Shown piece by piece: positions 54,677 to 63,281 of a DNA stretch of 64,000 nucleotides; within the stretch, counting starts at the first letter, position 1, and each line of letters opens with the position of its first letter. The notes beneath the pieces were generated by a model. The model did not search any database. It had not been told where the DNA came from and saw only the letters and a list, made by a program, of their open reading frames with translations. A program made the translations under genes and the position numbers. Source of the stretch: Candidatus Parcubacteria bacterium (GTDB taxonomy: Bacteria; Patescibacteriota; Minisyncoccia; Phycocordibacterales; UBA2100); NCBI GenBank assembly GCA_041168925.1, contig JBEEJY010000010.1, positions 12,430 to 76,429 of the forward strand, given 5' to 3'.

Positions 54677-55183
54677 ATGCGAGCCTTGGAAACGGTCAAC
54701 CTGAAGGGGAGCACCGTGAGCGTATCGATCGGCGTGATTACCCCGGCGACGGACATTGCGATCTTCGGTGCGTGGGCTTATTTCCTGACCGCGTGGTCAT
54801 GGGGACGCGGCTATCCGGTTGGCTCCTTTGAGGAAATCGTTCGGATGCAATTCGCGATCACTGCGATGATCGAGGATGAGCCAATCGGCTTCGGCGGCAT
54901 CAACCTAACGGCCAATAACGACAACTCGAACGAGTTCGTGCAATGGTTCTCCGCATGGGTCGTTGCTCCGCAATTTCAACGGCGAGGTATCGGGAGAATT
55001 ATTCACCGACACTGCATCGATAGAGCGGTCGATCAACCCGGGCCCATTCGCGCAACTTCCGAATCGTTCCACATGCACCCATTCTTTATCAAAGAAGGAT
55101 GGGCGATCATCCAAGACAAGGAGACGGCCCGGAACGAAGCCGGAAAGCCGATGTACGTCTATGGTTTTTCCCGCGGCGAATAG
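54677..55183 (+). CDS. GNAT-family N-acetyltransferase
   Basis: Motif A VVAPQFQRRGIGRII. Start at MRALETV assumed. Confidence 0.7.
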   Translation: MRALETVNLKGSTVSVSIGVITPATDIAIFGAWAYFLTAWSWGRGYPVGSFEEIVRMQFAITAMIEDEPIGFGGINLTANNDNSNEFVQWFSAWVVAPQFQRRGIGRIIHRHCIDRAVDQPGPIRATSESFHMHPFFIKEGWAIIQDKETARNEAGKPMYVYGFSRGE

Positions 55184-55240
55184 CTGCCGCCGCTAGGGCA
55201 GCCTACAAACACGACCTCCGCGCGATGTGCGGAGGTCGAT

Positions 55241-56230
55241 TTATTTTTGGTGAGACTTGATCGCTCTCATGATTAGAAACTTCGATTCGTAGTGATACGG
55301 AGGATTCGCTTTCGAATATGATTCTCGCGGAATTCTGCTCCGCCAAAATCGCGTTGCATACCCCCGGAAAAGGCGGTTCAGCATTCTCTCTGCGGATTGG
55401 TTTGTATATGCTTTTTCGCCGGGAATGACGTAGGGTTTGCCATCGAATCGGTCCCGCTTGATGTCCGTGGCGAAATCGATGAGTGCTGTTCCATTAGGCT
55501 TGAGCACTCTGTCTATCTCGGAGGCAATGTGTTTGAGTGTGCGCAGAGGAAAGATGTGGAGAGTCCCCACGCAGAAGACGCCGTCCATAGAATTTGCCAC
55601 TATTGGAAATCGTCGAGCGACATCGAAGACTTTCGTTGTGAACTTTCTCTTGTACTTTCGCGATATATTGCGCAGCGACTTCTCAAGGGCGTTCGGATCG
55701 ATATCCGAAGCAATGAGTGAATTAACCGTCCTCAGAAGCAACGCATTGCACCTCCCGTCTCCAGCCGTTAGATGGAGCCACGCACCCTTCACTCGCAGCG
55801 TGTTAATAACCTCCACGGTCTTCGGATCCTCTAAACCCCAGATGGATCGTCTTCCTGTTTTGAGATAATCGATGTGCTCGATATGGTGGTGCAGTCTTTT
55901 CTTATGACGAGAATCTTCGGGTGTTGTATGTGATACTTCATCACTAATCTTGTTTAATCCACTGGCCGCGAAAGCGCCTTCTGATTTCAGCATCGCTTGT
56001 TTTCTGAGCGTGCCGCCTCTGTTGTAGCTCCCAAGCGAACCATCGGAGCGGATGACACGATGGCAAGGGATGCTCTCATCGTAATTGGTGAGCATGATGG
56101 CACCGACGGCGCGCGCGGCCTTCGGATTGCCCGCTCTTGCGGCGACTTCTTTGTAGGTCATTGACTTCCCTTTCGGGATTTTTCTCACCACATTTCGCAC
56201 TTTGTCTGCAAACGTCTTCATGCTCGTCAT
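55241..56230 (-). CDS. fusion protein: N-terminal MGMT-type DNA-binding domain (PCHRV active-site motif) + C-terminal class I SAM-dependent methyltransferase
   Basis: N-terminal 90 aa match the O6-alkylguanine-DNA alkyltransferase C-domain (TYKEVAARAGNPKAARAVG...IPCHRVI). The C-terminal region has the Rossmann motif I LHLTAGDGRCN and the post-II motif LKPNGTALIDF. Confidence 0.6.
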   Translation of the reverse strand: MTSMKTFADKVRNVVRKIPKGKSMTYKEVAARAGNPKAARAVGAIMLTNYDESIPCHRVIRSDGSLGSYNRGGTLRKQAMLKSEGAFAASGLNKISDEVSHTTPEDSRHKKRLHHHIEHIDYLKTGRRSIWGLEDPKTVEVINTLRVKGAWLHLTAGDGRCNALLLRTVNSLIASDIDPNALEKSLRNISRKYKRKFTTKVFDVARRFPIVANSMDGVFCVGTLHIFPLRTLKHIASEIDRVLKPNGTALIDFATDIKRDRFDGKPYVIPGEKAYTNQSAERMLNRLFRGYATRFWRSRIPRESYSKANPPYHYESKFLIMRAIKSHQK

Positions 56231-56266
56231 TCTAACATAATCGCATGCGTATGCGTGAATTCGATG

Positions 56267-56302
56267 TATACTATATCTTTGCTATAGCATAGTTTTAGTA
56301 TA
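56267..56302. repeat. 36-bp AT-rich palindromic element TATACT-N8-GCTATAGC-N8-AGTATA overlapping the start codon of the PaaX-like gene (divergent promoter region)
   Basis: Part of an about 45-bp direct repeat with the element at 56888..56923. Confidence 0.6.
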
Positions 56303-56871
56303 TGGGAGAAATTGAACGGAGGGGAAAATTAAGGAGGCGAAGGAGGAACATTAAGAATGCCCTGCTGACGGCGATTCAACTTGCGGCAGTTGTCGGTGTC
56401 GCCGTCGCTGCGCCGAATCTGCCGCAAGCCCTTTATAAGACAGGTCTACTGAAGATACGCGGGGATGGCGCGGTTATAAGTCGCTCACGAAGAAACTTGT
56501 TGAGGCGACGTCTACTAAAAGAAGAAAAGGGATTTCTCGTATTGACACGCGCTGGGCAAAGAGAACTGCTTCGGATTGAGCTCGGTGAACGGCGATTGAA
56601 ATCTTTTCGATGGGATGGACGATGGCGTGTACTTATCTTTGATATCCCAGAATACAGAAAGAAAGACCGAGAGAAATTGCGTCGCACGCTCCGGAGCGTC
56701 GGATTCGAGCATTTACAGGACAGCGTCTGGATCTATCCTTATGACTGCGAAGATTTTGTGGCTCTTTTGAAGGCAGATTTCAAAATTGGGAAGGACATGC
56801 TGTATATGATTGTGGAGGAACTCGAGGGAGATTCGACGCTCCGGAAGCAATTCAACCTTCGAAACCGCTAG
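56302..56871 (+). CDS. PaaX-like transcriptional regulator (wHTH + PaaX_C/Cas2-like C-terminal domain)
   Basis: C-terminal WDGRWRVLIFDIPEYRKKDREKLRRTLRSVGFEHLQDSVWIYP matches the PaaX C-domain pattern; the N-terminal half is helix-rich. Flanked on both sides by the palindromic element. Confidence 0.5.
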   Translation: MGEIERRGKLRRRRRNIKNALLTAIQLAAVVGVAVAAPNLPQALYKTGLLKIRGDGAVISRSRRNLLRRRLLKEEKGFLVLTRAGQRELLRIELGERRLKSFRWDGRWRVLIFDIPEYRKKDREKLRRTLRSVGFEHLQDSVWIYPYDCEDFVALLKADFKIGKDMLYMIVEELEGDSTLRKQFNLRNR

Positions 56872-56887
56872 CAGTATCGATTCCGAT

Positions 56888-56923
56888 GTATACTGATTTC
56901 ATGCTATAGCATGGAGTTAGTAT
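56888..56923. repeat. 36-bp AT-rich palindromic element TATACT-N8-GCTATAGC-N8-AGTATA downstream of the PaaX-like gene (between convergent genes)
   Basis: Same architecture as the elements at 56267..56302 and 51314..51357. Confidence 0.6.
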
Positions 56924-56956
56924 ACTGGGCGAGTCGGAACCGATGCCGTGAGATGA

Positions 56957-57769
56957 TCAGATACCGAGGGTCCCGGTGGATTTTGGATCGTTTCTCTTTC
57001 CATGAGCGGAGTGGAGCTGCAGCTCCTTACCTGCCGTCTCGCGGTAACGGCAGTATTCGCACTCCTCTTTTTTATCCGGCACGGAGTCGCTTTTTAAGCA
57101 GTGCGCGAGCCGCTCTATCAGCGGCTCGATCCAGTCCGTGTCGCCTTTGTGGGAAATCACTCTGACGTCGAACTCGAGCTTGCCGTCGAACGAGGGCGCA
57201 TCGCTGTTTCCGTTGACGTAGACGAAATATGCGGTCGGCGAAACTTTTTCTCCGATGCCGCGCAAGAGCCATTGGTAGATCTCTACCTGTCGTTTGTATC
57301 CTTGCTGCCAGTATCCTTCGATCGTAACCTCCTCTTTTTTCGAGGTCGCTTTGTAGTCGACGACATGCAACTGACCATCGGGTGTTACCCACACGTCGTC
57401 GAGTCCGCCCCGGAAAATAAATCCGGTTTGGCGGTGATGAAATTGTACGCCGCGGCGAAACGCGTCGCGCCACTCATCCAGCCGATCGTCTTTGAGCGGT
57501 ATGGCATCGATCTTGTACGCTTTCATGAGCGGATGCGCCTCCCCTTTGGCGCGGTGAATGTCGAATTCCCGTTTTAAGAGTTCATCGACGGCGTTGTTGA
57601 GGGAAAACGCCGGAAAAGACGGCCGAGCGATCCCAAGTCGCACGTCGAGGTAAAAACACCTCGGACATTCGTGAAAAAGATCGATTTTCGAGCGGCTTAT
57701 GCGAAACGGCTCCGGCGAACTCGGATCGTAAAGGTTACGGGTCCGTTTGGCGTAGAGCTTGGGAGGCAT
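56957..57769 (-). CDS. Cas4-like/RecB-family PD-(D/E)xK nuclease with Cys cluster (DUF83-type), not CRISPR-associated here
   Basis: N-terminal Cys (HECPRCFY), the D-x-K motif in VVDYKATSKK, QxxxY (QVEIYQWLL), and a C-terminal C-x12-C-x2-C (CLKSDSVPDKKEECEYC). Confidence 0.6.
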   Translation of the reverse strand: MPPKLYAKRTRNLYDPSSPEPFRISRSKIDLFHECPRCFYLDVRLGIARPSFPAFSLNNAVDELLKREFDIHRAKGEAHPLMKAYKIDAIPLKDDRLDEWRDAFRRGVQFHHRQTGFIFRGGLDDVWVTPDGQLHVVDYKATSKKEEVTIEGYWQQGYKRQVEIYQWLLRGIGEKVSPTAYFVYVNGNSDAPSFDGKLEFDVRVISHKGDTDWIEPLIERLAHCLKSDSVPDKKEECEYCRYRETAGKELQLHSAHGKRNDPKSTGTLGI

Positions 57770-57789
57770 TCCGCGAGTATAGCACTCGC

Positions 57790-58296
57790 CTAACTCATCG
57801 CACCTGGTGCGGTGTCGTGATTTTCATGGTGTTCGGTAAACCAGTGTTTGAAACGATTCTCCAGGTACCACATGCCGGTAAACATGATCAGGGAGAGAAT
57901 GGTGGAAAATACCGCGACCGCGTACATCCCGAAGCCGGCGGCCATGCCGATGGCGCTCACGATCCATAAGCCCGCCGCGGTCGTGATGCCGTGCGGCACG
58001 TCGCCGCGAAAGATGATGACTCCCGCGCCGATGAAACCGATACCGGTCGCCACCCCTGCTGCAAGCTGAAGCGGCTGGATGTTGACGATCCCAAGGTATG
58101 CCGAATCGACATAGTTGGAAATGAGAATGAAAAGACATGCGGCGAGCGCGACGAGGCCGAAGGTGCGCGTGCCGGCCGCTTGTTTGGCGAGAATGGCGCG
58201 CTCGGTACCGATGCATGCGCCAAGGGCCATGGCAAGCAAGAGCTTGCCGAACATGACGACTGTCGGGTCGATAAATTCAGCCGGCGTAGGTTGCAT
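57790..58296 (-). CDS. mgtC: MgtC/SapB-family membrane protein
   Basis: Four to five TM helices with the MgtC signature (ALGACIGTERAILAKQAAGTRTFGLVAL). Confidence 0.75.
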   Translation of the reverse strand: MQPTPAEFIDPTVVMFGKLLLAMALGACIGTERAILAKQAAGTRTFGLVALAACLFILISNYVDSAYLGIVNIQPLQLAAGVATGIGFIGAGVIIFRGDVPHGITTAAGLWIVSAIGMAAGFGMYAVAVFSTILSLIMFTGMWYLENRFKHWFTEHHENHDTAPGAMS

Positions 58297-58313
58297 ATGA
58301 GTCGACTATACCA

Positions 58314-59180
58314 TCAAATACCGCACAACTGTTTGGCTTCATCGAGAACATGGGGAATTTTATCGGGGCGTATGCCGAATTCCTTGAGCATATGCGGGGT
58401 CGTGACGCTTTTGCACAGCACGATGCGCCGGTCGAGGAAACGATGCTTCTCGCCATCGGAAAGCGTCGTGAGACAGGTAAGCGGATGCACCTTCCCCGCT
58501 TCGATCATATGGAAGAGGCCGCGATCGTGCGGATAATCCCAGCCGAGCAACGTAAGCCCCGAACACTGCGCGTAGCGGATCGCATTCCGAGTAAAGCGAG
58601 TGTTGGTCGCCAGCCATCCTTCATCGATACGCATCGATGCTTGTGGCGCCGCGTGGAGATCTTCGTAGCGCGCGCACACGTAGAGCGCATCTTTGATGTC
58701 GGTTTTGCCGGACGCATCATTGTGAAATTTTGCTTCGATGCCGACGCGTTTGCCGCCGCGCTCCGCGACCACGTCCACCTCGTGCGGCGCGCATCTGCCC
58801 GTGAGTGCAACGCCGGTGCGCACGTGCCAGCCCTGGGCGCGCAGCACTTCGGCGAGAAATTGCTCAAAAGGAAATCCCGAGGGGCCCAATGCGAAAACGG
58901 CGCGCTTGATCGAGTAGCGCGCGGCGACGGGCGTGACGTCCTCGCGCCTCAGTATCTCGAAGGCGCGCCGGTATATATCTTCGGTGTACATTCCCGGACG
59001 AAGTTCGCGCATCATGTGCGCGAGAATCTTCGCGCGTGCCGTCGAGGAGGCACCCGCTAGCTCGAGCGAATGCATGAGCTTGCCGGGATCAAACGGCTCT
59101 TGCTCGCCGTCGGCTTTGGTAATGACAAACTCGCGGCTCTGTCGCGTCGATGGCTGCGGACGTGAGGCTATCGTTGTCAT
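58314..59180 (-). CDS. ATP-cone domain fused to an Mrr-like restriction endonuclease (PD-(D/E)xK) domain
   Basis: The N-terminal region (FVITKADGEQEPFDPGKLMHSLELAG...KILAHMMREL...DIYRRAFEILRR) matches the ATP-cone as in NrdR. The C-terminal HEVDVVAERGGKRVGIEAKF carries the D..E.K catalytic motif of Mrr_cat. Confidence 0.6.
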   Translation of the reverse strand: MTTIASRPQPSTRQSREFVITKADGEQEPFDPGKLMHSLELAGASSTARAKILAHMMRELRPGMYTEDIYRRAFEILRREDVTPVAARYSIKRAVFALGPSGFPFEQFLAEVLRAQGWHVRTGVALTGRCAPHEVDVVAERGGKRVGIEAKFHNDASGKTDIKDALYVCARYEDLHAAPQASMRIDEGWLATNTRFTRNAIRYAQCSGLTLLGWDYPHDRGLFHMIEAGKVHPLTCLTTLSDGEKHRFLDRRIVLCKSVTTPHMLKEFGIRPDKIPHVLDEAKQLCGI

Positions 59181-59608
59181 GGTCTGGAAGAACCGCTTTT
59201 GCTCGCATAGGGTAAGACCACGATCGGCAGTCCTGCGCCGTTAAGCGACGCGACGAATTCAATGCCGGCGGCCGGTCCGAAAACGACCGCGTGGAACGAG
59301 CGCGGCGTTTCTTCCTTCGGGCAGTCCTTGATAGCGGGTTCGCGCCACGTCCGGAACGAAAGCATGAAGGTCGAAGTTGAAAGTGCCTCCGTATGCACGA
59401 TGAGTTCGTCGCACGGCGTGGGGACGGACACCATCCCGAAGAGATTGTGAACACCCGGCTGCAATTCGTCGCGGATCATGACCGATCCGAGCGCTCCTGA
59501 TTCCCGGGTATGGACGATGTTGCCGAGAAAAAGATAGCTGCCGTACGCGATCGCAGCGGCGAGAAACGCAAACCAAAGAAAAGGCCACACGATGTATCCC
59601 ATGCGCAT
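59177..59608 (-). CDS. small membrane-anchored hypothetical protein (143 aa)
   Basis: N-terminal TM helix; stop overlaps the start of the ATP-cone/endonuclease gene by 4 nt. Confidence 0.4.
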   Translation of the reverse strand: MRMGYIVWPFLWFAFLAAAIAYGSYLFLGNIVHTRESGALGSVMIRDELQPGVHNLFGMVSVPTPCDELIVHTEALSTSTFMLSFRTWREPAIKDCPKEETPRSFHAVVFGPAAGIEFVASLNGAGLPIVVLPYASKSGSSRP

Positions 59609-59632
59609 AGTATACCGCGCGCTTGCGCGGGC

Positions 59633-60691
59633 TTATGGCAGGTTCTCCCGCGAAATAATACCGCCGCCAAGACATTCATCGCCGCGGTAGAGTACGAGCG
59701 ATTGGCCGGGAGAGACGACATGCGGGCGACGAAATGTAAACACGGGGGGCGAGGCGTCCATAGAGAGAATGCCCTCGACAGGCTCTTCATGGTAGCGTGA
59801 CTGCGCGAAAAGCGATTCTTGGGAAAGCGCGGTCTCACCGACCCAGCGAAGTTGGGAAAGCGCGACACGCGAGCACGCCGCAACATCGCGCGTCCGCGCC
59901 ACCTGCAATACATTTTTCTCGACATTGATTCCGACCACGTAGTGCGGCTCGTTTCCGCCGCCCCCTGCGGTAAAACCGTGCCGCTGCCCGATCGTGTAGA
60001 GCGCCGCTCCTTCATGACGGCCGACGACGGAGCCGCTCTCGTCTACAACATCGCCTTGCGCGAGGGGAATGTAGCGCGAAAGGAAATCGCGCATCGAGAC
60101 ATCGCCGACGAAGCAAAGCCCCTGACTGTCCGGCCGATCCGCGTTTGGAAGCGCATAGCGGCGCGCAAGTTCGCGTACGCGCGATTTCAGCAGCGAACCG
60201 ACGGGGAACATCGCGTGCGCCAGCTCGTCCTGACCGAGTCGGTACAGAAAATAGGATTGGTCTTTCGCAGCGTCCGCCGCGCGCCGCAGGGCAAATGCGT
60301 CATTCCTTTCCTCGACGCGGGCATAATGCCCGGTCGCGACGATGTCGGCGCTTTCCGCGAGCGCCCAGCGCAGCAGCGCGCCGAATTTTATCTTTTCATT
60401 GCAGCGCACATCGGGGTTTGGCGTTATGCCTCGCGAATAGTCGGCAAGCATCGCATCGACGACTTCCCGCTGATACGCGGATGAGAGGTCTACCTCGCGA
60501 AATGGGATATCGAGCGCCGCGCACACGCGCAGCGCGTCGAGCCTGTCTTCTTTCCAGGTGCACTCCAAAAATTCAGGTCGCCAGATTTTTACAAACACGC
60601 CGGTGACGTCGTGCCCCTGCGCTTTGAGAAGCGCCGCCGAAACGGCGCTATCCACGCCGCCGGAAACCGCCGCGTATACGCGTTTCGCCAT
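59633..60691 (-). CDS. mnmA: tRNA-specific 2-thiouridylase MnmA
   Basis: PP-loop AVSGGVDSAV and a catalytic Cys region (ADRPDSQGLCFVG). Confidence 0.9.
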   Translation of the reverse strand: MAKRVYAAVSGGVDSAVSAALLKAQGHDVTGVFVKIWRPEFLECTWKEDRLDALRVCAALDIPFREVDLSSAYQREVVDAMLADYSRGITPNPDVRCNEKIKFGALLRWALAESADIVATGHYARVEERNDAFALRRAADAAKDQSYFLYRLGQDELAHAMFPVGSLLKSRVRELARRYALPNADRPDSQGLCFVGDVSMRDFLSRYIPLAQGDVVDESGSVVGRHEGAALYTIGQRHGFTAGGGGNEPHYVVGINVEKNVLQVARTRDVAACSRVALSQLRWVGETALSQESLFAQSRYHEEPVEGILSMDASPPVFTFRRPHVVSPGQSLVLYRGDECLGGGIISRENLP

Positions 60692-60703
60692 GTACGGACT
60701 ATA

Positions 60704-61771
60704 TCAAAAGTACCGCCGTTTATTCGAGAGCTGACAGGCGTAATTCTGGCAGTAGTGGGTCACGCCGGAGTGATCGGCAAGGAAATAGAGATAGTCGCTC
60801 TCGATCGGGTCGGCGGCGGCGAGGATTGAATCAAGCGACGGCGATCCGATCGGAGTCGGCGGTAAGCCTTTGTACCTGTAGGTGTTGTAGGGCGAGTCGC
60901 TCGTGAGATCCGCCATCGTGAGCTGGAAAGTCCCCTTGCCGAGCGTGTAGGCGAAAACGGCGTCGACCTGCAGGGGCATCTTGCGATCGATCCGATTCCA
61001 TAAGACTCCCGAGATGAGGCGGCGATCTTTCGTGTTGAACGCCTCGCGCTCGAGAATCGAGGCCATGATGATGAGCTCGGAGAGCGGACGAGACGAGCTC
61101 GCTATGTCGCCCTGTATCGTCGCGATATGCTGATCGAAATTCTGGCGCATCGTCTCAAGCACGATGTCCTCGGTCGCGTTGGGCAGGAAAAAGTACGTAT
61201 CGGGAAAAAGATACCCTTCTTCACCGCGCGCTTTCGCGAGAAACCGATCGCCGTCGAATCGCTCGAGCTGCGTCCCGTAGATCTTTGCCATTTCTCGAGT
61301 CGTTGCACCCTCGGGGACGCGTACTCTGACCGGCTCGAGTCCGTAGAGTCCCGTCGCGAGCGAATGCGCTACCGCGAAAATATCGAGCGGCTCCTTGAAG
61401 ATATAATCGCCGGCGTGTACCGCACGCTCGCGCCCCATCATCGTCACGAGCACGCGCAGCACGAAGGACGAGCGCACGACGCCCGCGTCGGCAAGCTCTC
61501 TTGTGACCTGTCCGAGAGATTCGCCCGTAGGCACCGATACGAGCGAATCGACCGGAAAGTTATCCGGCGGCCGCACGACATAGAGATAGACGAACGTGGC
61601 GAAAAATCCGGCCAGAATCAGGATCGCTATACTGCGCCGGTTGGAGTGCGGGCGCCATTTCTCCGACAAGTCGTCCAAAAGCGCGTGGCCGCGGTCGAAC
61701 ACCTGTTGTAAGAATTGCTCAAATGATTGCATAGCGAGATTATGAGCCGCCGGTACTTCGTTTCGATGCAC
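60704..61771 (-). CDS. mltG: endolytic murein transglycosylase MltG (YceG-like)
   Basis: N-terminal TM helix and a YceG domain (...DSPYNTYRYKGLPPTPIGSP...). Confidence 0.85.
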   Translation of the reverse strand: MHRNEVPAAHNLAMQSFEQFLQQVFDRGHALLDDLSEKWRPHSNRRSIAILILAGFFATFVYLYVVRPPDNFPVDSLVSVPTGESLGQVTRELADAGVVRSSFVLRVLVTMMGRERAVHAGDYIFKEPLDIFAVAHSLATGLYGLEPVRVRVPEGATTREMAKIYGTQLERFDGDRFLAKARGEEGYLFPDTYFFLPNATEDIVLETMRQNFDQHIATIQGDIASSSRPLSELIIMASILEREAFNTKDRRLISGVLWNRIDRKMPLQVDAVFAYTLGKGTFQLTMADLTSDSPYNTYRYKGLPPTPIGSPSLDSILAAADPIESDYLYFLADHSGVTHYCQNYACQLSNKRRYF

Positions 61772-61802
61772 TATACCGAAGACCGTCAGGCTTGCATAGA
61801 GA

Positions 61803-63215
61803 TTATTTCGGCAAATTGGGCGGCGGCTCGGCTTTCTTGGCCGGAATGCGCTGCAAGCCGGGCGCGACGATGGCGCTCGAAGGCGGATGCCACATGGTCG
61901 CGAGGATTTCGGTCGACATCATGTTGTGCGGCATGATCCAGGGCGAGTAAAAATGCGATCTCCTGCGGTAACAATCGAAAAATCGCCGCTGCATGAGCCG
62001 CCAGCGGATATCGCGAAAATCCTGCCACGGCCAATCGAACGGATTGCCCCAACGACGCGGACGCATTTGGTTGGCATACTGCGCGTTGCCGACAGGCCGC
62101 CAGATCCAGCGAACACCGGTGTAGCCCGCGCTGTTGAATTTGTCTGCATCGCTGATATAAACACCGCGCGCGCCGACGTTGAAAGGATGCTTGCTCATGT
62201 TGCGATCCATCGCCTCGATGAGTTGCGCATAGCGATACTGCGGCACGCGGGCCGATCGTCGCCACGGTTCTTTGTCGACATCTCCGACCGCCTCTTTTCG
62301 CAGCGCATTGATTTCGCGCTTGATGACGCCCTGATAGCGCGACTGCGTTTCCCACCACGGCTCGCCCGGAACGTGTTCGACGTCGCGACACATGGTGATC
62401 ACGAACTGAATCCACATCTGCTCGTCGGGCCGCAGAATACTCATGCGCTCGAGCACTTCCGCGAGCGGGTCGATCTTGTACTCCTCTTTCGGATCCTTGT
62501 CGAGCTCGAATTCCACATAGGTGCGAATGGGATACGCGTCATTGCGGGGTTCGAAACGCCAGTCGGTCGGAAAGCATTCTTGTTTTTCGGGATCAAAGCG
62601 GTATTTCGAGGCATAATCTTCCGCCTCGACAATCTCCACTTCGGGATAGTAGGCATAAAGCGCGGCTTCGACGTTGGGACGCCATTGTTTCCAACACCAA
62701 ATATAAAAATGCACGTCGCCGCCGAATGAGGCGATCTCGAGCGAGAAGATCGGCCGCACCTGGCCCTGCCAGATACGATTGAGAAAAGTCGTTTCGCCCG
62801 AGTCCGTCCATAGCTTCGAGAGGGCGTTTTCCATGGCGCGGGGAGAGCGCACGAGATCGCGCGAAAATCTCACCTCGAGCAAGAGCGTCTCGCGCTTGAA
62901 CAAAAAGACGCCGTGGGAATACCACACCCACACTTTCCACGCCGCGACCAGGAGCGCGATCGGAAGCCATACCGGCGCGGTACCAAGGAGCCACTCGAAT
63001 GCGAAAAGCGGTAGGTTGGGGATCATGTTCCAGAGTATGCCCATGAGCCCCCAAAAAAGTACCGAGAGAAACAGGCACCGGGAAATACCCCAATAATTGC
63101 CGAACAGGCCGTCCACGATGTGGTGGAAATTGAGACTCAAAAACTCTCCGACGAGACCGCGCAGATCGCCGGATCCGATCACGCCTTCCTGCTCGTATTC
63201 TTTGATAAACGCCAT
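61803..63215 (-). CDS. Trp-rich membrane protein of unknown function (470 aa)
   Basis: Two to three N-terminal TM helices, then a large W/R-rich soluble domain. No known motif recognised. Confidence 0.45.
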   Translation of the reverse strand: MAFIKEYEQEGVIGSGDLRGLVGEFLSLNFHHIVDGLFGNYWGISRCLFLSVLFWGLMGILWNMIPNLPLFAFEWLLGTAPVWLPIALLVAAWKVWVWYSHGVFLFKRETLLLEVRFSRDLVRSPRAMENALSKLWTDSGETTFLNRIWQGQVRPIFSLEIASFGGDVHFYIWCWKQWRPNVEAALYAYYPEVEIVEAEDYASKYRFDPEKQECFPTDWRFEPRNDAYPIRTYVEFELDKDPKEEYKIDPLAEVLERMSILRPDEQMWIQFVITMCRDVEHVPGEPWWETQSRYQGVIKREINALRKEAVGDVDKEPWRRSARVPQYRYAQLIEAMDRNMSKHPFNVGARGVYISDADKFNSAGYTGVRWIWRPVGNAQYANQMRPRRWGNPFDWPWQDFRDIRWRLMQRRFFDCYRRRSHFYSPWIMPHNMMSTEILATMWHPPSSAIVAPGLQRIPAKKAEPPPNLPK

Positions 63216-63281
63216 AGCGCAATCTTATCATTCCCGACGCATCGGGAAGGCGCTTGTCGACAGAGCTTGTCGACAGAGGGA

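Noticed and set aside
56302-56871. Calling the PaaX-like protein a CRISPR Cas2
   Set aside because: The Cas2-like motif (W.VLIFDIPE...R..L...GF..LQ.SVW) sits in the C-terminal half of a 189-aa protein with a helix-rich N-terminal half. That matches PaaX_C-type regulators, and there is no CRISPR locus.
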